A stretch of 32,000 nt of DNA, from assembly GCF_009557235.1 (NCBI RefSeq), contig NZ_CP045650.1:2130001-2162000 (forward strand), given 5' to 3'. The number at the start of each line of letters is the position of its first letter. Position 1 is the stretch's first letter. The translations under genes were made by a program, and so were the position numbers. The notes beneath the pieces are model-generated. The model did not search any database. It was not told the origin of the DNA and saw nothing but the letters and a program-made list of their open reading frames with translations. The stretch comes from Acinetobacter wanghuae (lineage in GTDB: Bacteria; Pseudomonadota; Gammaproteobacteria; Pseudomonadales; Moraxellaceae). Positions 25,974 through 32,000 of the stretch are shown piece after piece.

Positions 25974-28900
25974 TTAATAGAGCAGCTGATTGTTTTCAAG
26001 TAAATCAGCAAGACTTACCGTTGTATTGTTTAAAACAACCAAGTTAGTAGCAGCGCCACTTAGTAAGCCTGGGCCATCTAAATCTACTCTAACTACAGCG
26101 TTCGCACCGCTTTGAGTAACTGTTACGAAGTCTTCAATATTACCTGCATCAACACCGCTCTCTTTGAGTAAGCCTCTCAGATCTAGGGTATCGCCTTGTG
26201 CGAAATTAAAGTCTGTCCATACATCGTTACCCAATGTACTGGTGTTACCTCCACTACTAGTATTCGCCAACAGATCATAGATCACCGTATCTGCGCCTAG
26301 GCCTGTGGTAAAGGTATCATTAGCAGATGTACTGAATACAAACTGACCTTCTTTAGTCGCTGTAATGTCAATGCTGAGCGTTGAGCTTGATGTACTTCCA
26401 TCAATACCAGTGATGGTGTAAGCAATTACATCATCAGCAACATCAGCAACATTTACACCTACTTTATTGGTATAGCTATAGTCACCATTACCAGAAACGG
26501 TCAAGAAGCCTTGTGCTGTTTCAATGGTCTCTGTGTCATGTCTACCTAGAGTAACGCCACCAATGGTCAATTTAGTAAAGCCACCACTTGTGATGTCAGC
26601 CCCTGCACCATCATACAGGTTACCTGTTACTGTTGGATGTGATTTAGTCACTACATCCGCAATAACATAAGTACTACCAGTAATATCTACTTGCAGATTT
26701 GGAGCAGAAGAACTCAATGTCGTTGAACCCTTCTGAATATTATAGTCAAAACTATAATTACCTGCCTCTAAAGTAGATAGGTCAATATCTATTAAAGAAG
26801 CTCCAAGAGTTTTTTCTGAAGTAGTGAGTACCTTCGTATAATAACCCGTACTAGCATTATAGGTACCACCAAAATTAGCATTTTGTACAGCAACGTTATC
26901 TTTCAATAAACGATACGTAACCGTGATAGTTGCTGAACTAACTACTCCTGATGTCTCAAGGGTCAGCGTTGCATTACTTATCTCATTTCCTAATGTAAAT
27001 GATGTTGAACCACCGCCTGAAGCTTGCCCTGAAGTGGTTGCAGTACTAACACTATTAGCAAAGGTGAGATCAATAAAATCATAACGATCATTGGTCAAGA
27101 CTGCTACTGCATTCACATCAGGATTTGCTTCAACAACCGTCACTGTACCGTCTTGTGCAGGATTTGCATCATCCCAAACAATTTCAGTACCATCAGCATC
27201 AACACGAATATTAAGGACTGCAGTTTCAGTATGGTAGCCATCATCAATGGTATAGGTGAAGCTATCTACCTTGCCATAAGAAGATGATTGCCCATTACCT
27301 ACATAGCTAAATGAACCATCAGGTTTAATGGTGAGCGTACCATGTGCACCCTCAATTGTTGTTCCTGCTGCAGTGACAGATGCTGTCGTACCTGTTTCCG
27401 AAGCAATTTGGGTTAATACCGCAGTGCTACCATGTGCCTCAGCAACCCAATCATCAGCACCTATACCGTTATTGTCTAAAGATACATTGCCCTCTACACG
27501 ACCATAATCATGTAAAGTTGAATCTGTGATCGTGATATCAGTATTACTCAACACACCTACATTCAGTAAACTGGTTAACAAATCTGTAATAGGTCCTGGC
27601 TCAGGTGGAGCAAGCGCAAGAGTATATAGACCTGCTGGTATGTCATTAAACTGTACATTTATCGCAGAGATATTTGTGTTTAGACCTTGCGGAGTAAATG
27701 TTACTGCATCTTGAGCTATCGCTACAATTTCACCTGTAACAATATCAATGACATTTAGGTCAACTGTATAAGCCCCATCTAGTAAACCTACAAGAGAACC
27801 AAGATCTGTCAGACTACCATCCACTCTAACAGTAATATCTTGGAATGAATTCTCTTTAACTTCAAACGTCAGTGCAGTCGTTCTAGGTAATAATTTCACA
27901 TCAATGGTTTGTCCTAAAACAGAAACTGCTCCTAAGGCGAAAATATCCCCAGTTTTACCGTTTAGATTATCCTGCTCATCGAAAGCAACTGCTGTATATA
28001 GATCATCCACTGCTGCAATATCTTCTGGAATTACACCATCCGCACTTAGATCATTCTCATTCCAATCGATTGTGACACCATTTTTGGTGATACGAATGTT
28101 TAGATTAGCAGTATCTGTGTGCAGACCATCATCAATCGTATAAGTGAAGGTATCTACTTTACCAGTTACATCTCCCGACAATGGATCTAAGACATAAGTG
28201 TATGAACCATTACTAAAGATCGTCAAAGTACCATACTGACCTTGAATGGCGGTTCCTGACTCATTGACTGTTACTGGAGCTGTCACGACTTCTGATGTAA
28301 TTGCCACTAATGTTGCAGTCGCATCATGTAACTCTCCATTAATGTCATCTTGTCCAGAACCATTTTCACCATTTTCAAATACATTACCTTGCGTTTGAAT
28401 CTGATTATGTTGAAGAGATGCTGAAATCTCCATTTCCAGTCCAGATAACAAACCTGTACCAGCAACAAGACCAGTTAAAGCAGTTAATAAACCACCTACT
28501 TCAGTTGAAGAAAGTGCAACTGTGTAATTACCTGGAGGTAAACCTTCAAAATTAACTTGGTTGGCTGTAATTGTAGTTGTAACTAGACCTCCATTACCAA
28601 CAAGCTGAGGAGTTAAGGTTACTGCATCCTGTGCAACGGCCACAATATCACCAGTATCACGATCGATAATAAGAAGGTCGGCAAAAGTGCTAGGACTTTG
28701 ACCAAATAACAATGAGCTCAATAATCCATCGACTATTCCTGTTAAAGCCTCAATACTTACAGAACCGGTTTGGCCCGTCACATCAACAGTTATGTCCTGC
28801 GTTGAATTTGGGGCAACAGTAAAGTTAAGAGGATTATTTGTTGGCAACAAGCTCACATTAATTATTTCTGCAAGCGCATCAAGCTCTAAGAATGCCGATG

Positions 28901-31900
28901 AACTGCCTGTCATAAGTATATTGTTGACTACAGTAGCGTCACTTAAATTCACTGAATCTAGGTCGTCAACTGCATCGATGTCTGATTCCACATCAGAGTC
29001 AGAGTCGCTGTCAGAGTCACTATCGCTGTCAGAGTCAGAGTCGCTATCGGAATCAGAATCGCTGTCGCTGTCTGAGTCAGAGTCAGAATCGCTGTCGCTG
29101 TCAGAATCAGAGTCAGAATCGCTGTCTGAGTCAGAATCGCTGTCGCTGTCAGAATCAGAGTCGCTATCGCTGTCAGAATCAGAGTCGCTATCGGAATCAG
29201 AATCGCTGTCGCTGTCTGAGTCAGAGTCGGAATCACTGTCGCTATCAGAATCAGAGTCGGAATCGCTATCGCTGTCTGAGTCAGAATCGCTGTCGCTGTC
29301 TGAGTCGGAATCGCTATCAGAGTCAGAATCGCTGTCGCTGTCAGAGTCGGAATCGCTGTCGCTGTCAGAGTCGGAATCGCTGTCGCTGTCAGAGTCGCTG
29401 TCGCTATCAGAATCAGAATCGCTGTCAGAGTCAGAATCGCTGTCAGAGTCAGAATCGCTGTCAGAGTCAGAATCGCTGTCAGAGTCAGAATCGCTGTCGC
29501 TATCAGAGTCGGAGTCGCTATCGCTGTCAGAATCGGAGTCGCTATCAGAGTCAGAATCGCTATCGCTGTCAGAATCGGAGTCGCTATCAGAGTCGCTGTC
29601 AGAATCAGAGTCAGAATCGCTGTCGCTGTCAGAATCAGAGTCGGAGTCGCTATCAGAGTCAGAGTCGCTATCAGAATCGGAATCACTATCGCTGTCTGAG
29701 TCAGAATCGCTGTCACTATCAGAGTCAGAGTCGCTGTCAGAGTCGGAATCGCTATCGCTGTCAGAATCGGAGTCGCTATCAGAGTCGGAGTCGCTGTCAG
29801 AGTCAGAGTCGCTGTCAGAGTCAGAATCGCTGTCGCTATCAGAGTCGGAATCGCTGTCGCTATCAGAGTCAGAATCGCTATCGGAGTCAGAATCACTATC
29901 GCTGTCTGAGTCACTGTCGCTGTCTGAGTCGGAATCACTATCGCTGTCTGAGTCAGAGTCGCTGTCGCTATCGGAGTCAGAGTCGCTGTCAGAGTCAGAG
30001 TCGCTGTCAGAGTCAGAATCGCTGTCGCTATCAGAGTCGGAATCGCTGTCGCTATCAGAGTCAGAATCGCTATCGGAGTCAGAATCACTATCGCTGTCTG
30101 AGTCACTGTCGCTGTCTGAGTCGGAATCACTATCGCTGTCTGAGTCAGAGTCGCTGTCGCTATCGGAGTCAGAGTCGCTGTCAGAATCAGAATCACTGTC
30201 GCTATCAGAGTCGGAGTCGCTATCAGAATCGGAGTCGCTATCGCTATCAGAGTCGGAGTCGCTATCAGAATCAGAGTCGCTGTCGGAATCAGAGTCAGAA
30301 TCGCTGTCGCTATCAGAATCAGAGTCGCTATCGCTATCAGAGTCGGAATCGCTGTCGCTATCAGAATCGGAGTCGCTGTCAGAGTCAGAATCGCTGTCTG
30401 AGTCAGAGTCGCTGTCGCTATCAGAGTCAGAATCGCTGTCGCTATCAGAGTCAGAATCGCTGTCGCTATCAGAATCAGAGTCGCTGTCGCTATCAGAGTC
30501 AGAATCGCTGTCGCTATCAGAGTCGGAATCGCTGTCGCTATCAGAGTCAGAGTCGCTGTCGCTGTCAGAATCAGAGTCGCTGTCGCTATCAGAGTCGGAA
30601 TCGCTGTCGCTATCAGAATCGGAGTCGCTGTCAGAGTCAGAATCGCTGTCTGAGTCAGAGTCGCTGTCGCTATCAGAGTCAGAATCGCTGTCGCTATCAG
30701 AATCAGAGTCGCTGTCGCTATCAGAGTCGGAATCGCTGTCGCTATCAGAATCGGAGTCGCTGTCAGAATCGGAGTCGCTGTCAGAGTCAGAATCGCTGTC
30801 GCTATCAGAGTCGGAATCGCTATCGCTGTCAGAATCGGAGTCGCTGTCAGAGTCAGAATCACTGTCGCTGTCAGAGTCGGAATCGCTGTCACTATCAGAG
30901 TCGGAATCGCTATCAGAGTCGGAATCGCTATCAGAGTCAGAATCGCTGTCGCTATCAGAGTCAGAATCGCTGTCAGAGTCAGAATCGCTGTCGCTATCAG
31001 AGTCGGAATCGCTGTCGCTATCAGAGTCAGAGTCGCTGTCGCTGTCAGAATCAGAGTCGCTGTCGCTATCAGAGTCGGAATCGCTGTCGCTATCAGAATC
31101 GGAGTCGCTGTCAGAGTCAGAATCGCTGTCTGAGTCAGAGTCGCTGTCGCTATCAGAGTCAGAATCGCTGTCGCTATCAGAATCAGAGTCGCTGTCGCTA
31201 TCAGAGTCGGAATCGCTGTCGCTATCAGAATCGGAGTCGCTGTCAGAATCGGAGTCGCTGTCAGAATCGGAGTCGCTGTCAGAATCGGAGTCGCTGTCAG
31301 AGTCAGAATCACTGTCGCTGTCAGAGTCGGAATCGCTGTCACTATCAGAGTCGGAATCGCTATCAGAGTCGGAATCGCTATCAGAGTCAGAATCGCTGTC
31401 GCTATCAGAGTCAGAATCGCTGTCAGAGTCAGAATCGCTGTCAGAATCAGAGTCACTATCGCTGTCAGAATCGGAATCGCTATCGCTGTCAGAATCGGAA
31501 TCGCTATCGCTGTCAGAGTCGGAGTCGCTGTCGCTATCAGAATCAGAGTCGCTGTCAGAGTCGCTGTCAGAGTCAGAATCGCTGTCGCTATCAGAGTCGG
31601 AATCGCTGTCGCTATCAGAGTCAGAATCGCTATCGGAGTCAGAATCACTATCGCTGTCTGAGTCACTGTCGCTGTCTGAGTCGGAATCACTATCGCTGTC
31701 TGAGTCAGAGTCGCTGTCGCTATCGGAGTCAGAGTCGCTGTCAGAATCAGAATCACTGTCGCTATCAGAGTCGGAGTCGCTATCAGAATCAGAGTCGCTG
31801 TCTGAGTCAGAGTCGCTGTCGGAATCAGAGTCAGAATCACTGTCGCTGTCAGAGTCGGAGTCGCTGTCGCTATCGCTATCAGAATCAGAGTCACTGTCGC

Positions 31901-32000
31901 TGTCTGAGTCGGAATCGCTGTCGCTATCAGAATCGGAATCACTGTCGCTGTCTGAGTCAGAGTCGCTGTCGCTGTCAGAATCGCTGTCAGAATCAGAGTC
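25974..32000 (-). CDS. Giant Ser-Asp-repeat, T1SS-type (Bap/RTX-like) surface adhesin; 5' end lies beyond the window (2008 codons visible)
   Basis: The 1005-aa track ORF begins at a GTG (cac, 28989-28991), but the same frame stays open upstream. The preceding codons are atc/aga/gtc/aga/gtc/gct, which read GAT TCT GAC TCT GAC AGC on the minus strand. The phase, with plus-strand codon starts divisible by 3, still reads Asp/Ser at 31980-32000. The C-terminal part has VCBS-like blocks ([14 protein letters not shown]...[11 protein letters not shown]) and a T1SS C-terminal target domain. Confidence 0.85.
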   Translation of the reverse strand, partial: DSDSDSDSDSDSDSDSDSDSDSDSDSDSDSDSDSDSDSDSDSDSDSDSDSDSDSDSDSDSDSDSDSDSDSDSDSDSDSDSDSDSDSDSDSDSDSDSDSDSDSDSDSDSDSDSDSDSDSDSDSDSDSDSDSDSDSDSDSDSDSDSDSDSDSDSDSDSDSDSDSDSDSDSDSDSDSDSDSDSDSDSDSDSDSDSDSDSDSDSDSDSDSDSDSDSDSDSDSDSDSDSDSDSDSDSDSDSDSDSDSDSDSDSDSDSDSDSDSDSDSDSDSDSDSDSDSDSDSDSDSDSDSDSDSDSDSDSDSDSDSDSDSDSDSDSDSDSDSDSDSDSDSDSDSDSDSDSDSDSDSDSDSDSDSDSDSDSDSDSDSDSDSDSDSDSDSDSDSDSDSDSDSDSDSDSDSDSDSDSDSDSDSDSDSDSDSDSDSDSDSDSDSDSDSDSDSDSDSDSDSDSDSDSDSDSDSDSDSDSDSDSDSDSDSDSDSDSDSDSDSDSDSDSDSDSDSDSDSDSDSDSDSDSDSDSDSDSDSDSDSDSDSDSDSDSDSDSDSDSDSDSDSDSDSDSDSDSDSDSDSDSDSDSDSDSDSDSDSDSDSDSDSDSDSDSDSDSDSDSDSDSDSDSDSDSDSDSDSDSDSDSDSDSDSDSDSDSDSDSDSDSDSDSDSDSDSDSDSDSDSDSDSDSDSDSDSDSDSDSDSDSDSDSDSDSDSDSDSDSDSDSDSDSDSDSDSDSDSDSDSDSDSDSDSDSDSDSDSDSDSDSDSDSDSDSDSDSDSDSDSDSDSDSDSDSDSDSDSDSDSDSDSDSDSDSDSDSDSDSDSDSDSDSDSDSDSDSDSDSDSDSDSDSDSDSDSDSDSDSDSDSDSDSDSDSDSDSDSDSDSDSDSDSDSDSDSDSDSDSDSDSDSDSDSDSDSDSDSDSDSDSDSDSDSDSDSDSDSDSDSDSDSDSDSDSDSDSDSDSDSDSDSDSDSDSDSDSDSDSDSDSDSDSDSDSDSDSDSDSDSDSDSDSDSDSDSDSDSDSDSDVESDIDAVDDLDSVNLSDATVVNNILMTGSSSAFLELDALAEIINVSLLPTNNPLNFTVAPNSTQDITVDVTGQTGSVSIEALTGIVDGLLSSLLFGQSPSTFADLLIIDRDTGDIVAVAQDAVTLTPQLVGNGGLVTTTITANQVNFEGLPPGNYTVALSSTEVGGLLTALTGLVAGTGLLSGLEMEISASLQHNQIQTQGNVFENGENGSGQDDINGELHDATATLVAITSEVVTAPVTVNESGTAIQGQYGTLTIFSNGSYTYVLDPLSGDVTGKVDTFTYTIDDGLHTDTANLNIRITKNGVTIDWNENDLSADGVIPEDIAAVDDLYTAVAFDEQDNLNGKTGDIFALGAVSVLGQTIDVKLLPRTTALTFEVKENSFQDITVRVDGSLTDLGSLVGLLDGAYTVDLNVIDIVTGEIVAIAQDAVTFTPQGLNTNISAINVQFNDIPAGLYTLALAPPEPGPITDLLTSLLNVGVLSNTDITITDSTLHDYGRVEGNVSLDNNGIGADDWVAEAHGSTAVLTQIASETGTTASVTAAGTTIEGAHGTLTIKPDGSFSYVGNGQSSSYGKVDSFTYTIDDGYHTETAVLNIRVDADGTEIVWDDANPAQDGTVTVVEANPDVNAVAVLTNDRYDFIDLTFANSVSTATTSGQASGGGSTSFTLGNEISNATLTLETSGVVSSATITVTYRLLKDNVAVQNANFGGTYNASTGYYTKVLTTSEKTLGASLIDIDLSTLEAGNYSFDYNIQKGSTTLSSSAPNLQVDITGSTYVIADVVTKSHPTVTGNLYDGAGADITSGGFTKLTIGGVTLGRHDTETIETAQGFLTVSGNGDYSYTNKVGVNVADVADDVIAYTITGIDGSTSSSTLSIDITATKEGQFVFSTSANDTFTTGLGADTVIYDLLANTSSGGNTSTLGNDVWTDFNFAQGDTLDLRGLLKESGVDAGNIEDFVTVTQSGANAVVRVDLDGPGLLSGAATNLVVLNNTTVSLADLLENNQLLY
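25977..26336 (-). other. Type I secretion C-terminal target domain (about the last 120 aa of the adhesin)
   Basis: [23 protein letters not shown]...[22 protein letters not shown]...[25 protein letters not shown]...[23 protein letters not shown]-stop. The pattern (D.I.DF...GD.LDL..LL ... vd.dG.g ... i.L ... L) matches the T1SS C-terminal target domain of the VCA0849 subclass as I remember it. Confidence 0.7.
27114..28976 (-). repeat. Two tandem, diverged modules of about 300-320 aa within the adhesin, each ending in a VCBS-like block
   Basis: Module 1 (aa 6-326) and module 2 (aa 327-626) align block by block:
- AVDDLDSV / AVDDLYTA
- [24 protein letters not shown] / [24 protein letters not shown]
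- [18 protein letters not shown] / [18 protein letters not shown]
- [10 protein letters not shown] / [10 protein letters not shown]
- [14 protein letters not shown]...[25 protein letters not shown] / [14 protein letters not shown]...[25 protein letters not shown]. Confidence 0.8.
28992..32000 (-). repeat. Uninterrupted Ser-Asp dipeptide repeat tract, at least 1003 codons, truncated by the window edge
   Basis: Only the codons GAC/GAT (Asp) and TCT/TCA/TCC/AGC/AGT (Ser) occur. Strict alternation is mirrored in the shadow ORF 28958-31942, which alternates [T/I] with [L/Q/P/A/V] without exception. Higher-order identical DNA blocks lie inside the tract (see findings). Confidence 0.9.

Noticed and set aside
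24716-28143. Short ORFs inside the 550-aa gene and the adhesin C-terminal region (24716-24904, 24917-25099, 25489-25683, 27526-27714, 27904-28143).
   Set aside because: They are fully nested in longer ORFs that have consistent operon spacing or internal domain repeats, so they are likely non-coding frames.
28958-31942. Track ORF of 994 aa made almost only of T, A, I, L, P, Q and V ([17 protein letters not shown]...), superficially a giant hydrophobic repeat protein.
   Set aside because: It is the shadow frame of the Asp-Ser frame, offset by one base. GAY plus the first base of a Ser codon gives T or I. The last two bases of a Ser codon plus G give L, Q, P, A or V. It starts at an internal GTG and runs out into [11 protein letters not shown]. 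The SD frame is contiguous with a C-terminal region carrying recognisable adhesin and T1SS motifs, so the SD frame is the coding one.
28992-32000. The 3-kb short-period repeat region as a CRISPR array, or as a non-coding micro- or minisatellite.
   Set aside because: There is no repeat-spacer architecture. The periodicity is 6 bp, all larger repeat offsets are multiples of 6, and one frame is entirely Asp and Ser codons continuing into a bona fide ORF. It is a coding dipeptide repeat. The plus-strand frames (V-R-V-A, S-E-S-L, Q-S-R-C) are also open but have no start, no flanking coding context and no recognisable product.

Overview
I read this as an Acinetobacter chromosomal segment. The basis is my memory of BfmR/BfmS, the A. 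calcoaceticus-type membrane PQQ glucose dehydrogenase and the nuo-bfm-nrd gene order, not a database search.

Positions 1 to about 20.2 kb are ordinary core genome:
- nuoG (first 50 codons only), nuoF, nuoE, nuoCD, nuoB and nuoA on the minus strand
- a small hypothetical gene
- bfmS and bfmR
- class Ia ribonucleotide reductase genes nrdA and nrdB, separated by an AT-rich spacer of about 690 bp with two small ORFs
- a TonB-dependent receptor
- an oprB-gcd glucose uptake and oxidation pair

From about 20.2 kb to the right edge the character changes. A markedly AT-rich four-gene minus-strand operon lies immediately downstream of a giant minus-strand gene that runs off the window. In transcription order the operon encodes an unassigned 550-aa protein, a signal-peptide-less S11 DD-peptidase-like protein, a YheC/YheD-type ATP-grasp enzyme and a GtfA/SdgA/SdgB-family glycosyltransferase.

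The supplied ORF track breaks the giant gene. The 1005-aa ORF (25974-28991) continues in frame through at least 1003 further codons of strictly alternating Asp and Ser (28992-32000). The listed 994-aa T/A/I/L-rich ORF is only the shadow frame of that tract. The C-terminal part carries VCBS-like modules and a type I secretion (T1SS) C-terminal target domain.

Main hypothesis: this is a Gram-negative, T1SS-exported Ser-Asp-repeat adhesin with a dedicated cytoplasmic cassette that modifies the SD repeats. The cassette would combine Sdg-like O-glycosylation with ATP-grasp and DD-peptidase chemistry of unknown nature. It would be a counterpart of the staphylococcal Sdr/Clf plus SdgA/SdgB system in a different envelope and secretion context.

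I recognised no tRNA, rRNA, CRISPR array, transposase or integrase. All family assignments come from motifs read by eye and need HMM or structure searches to confirm.
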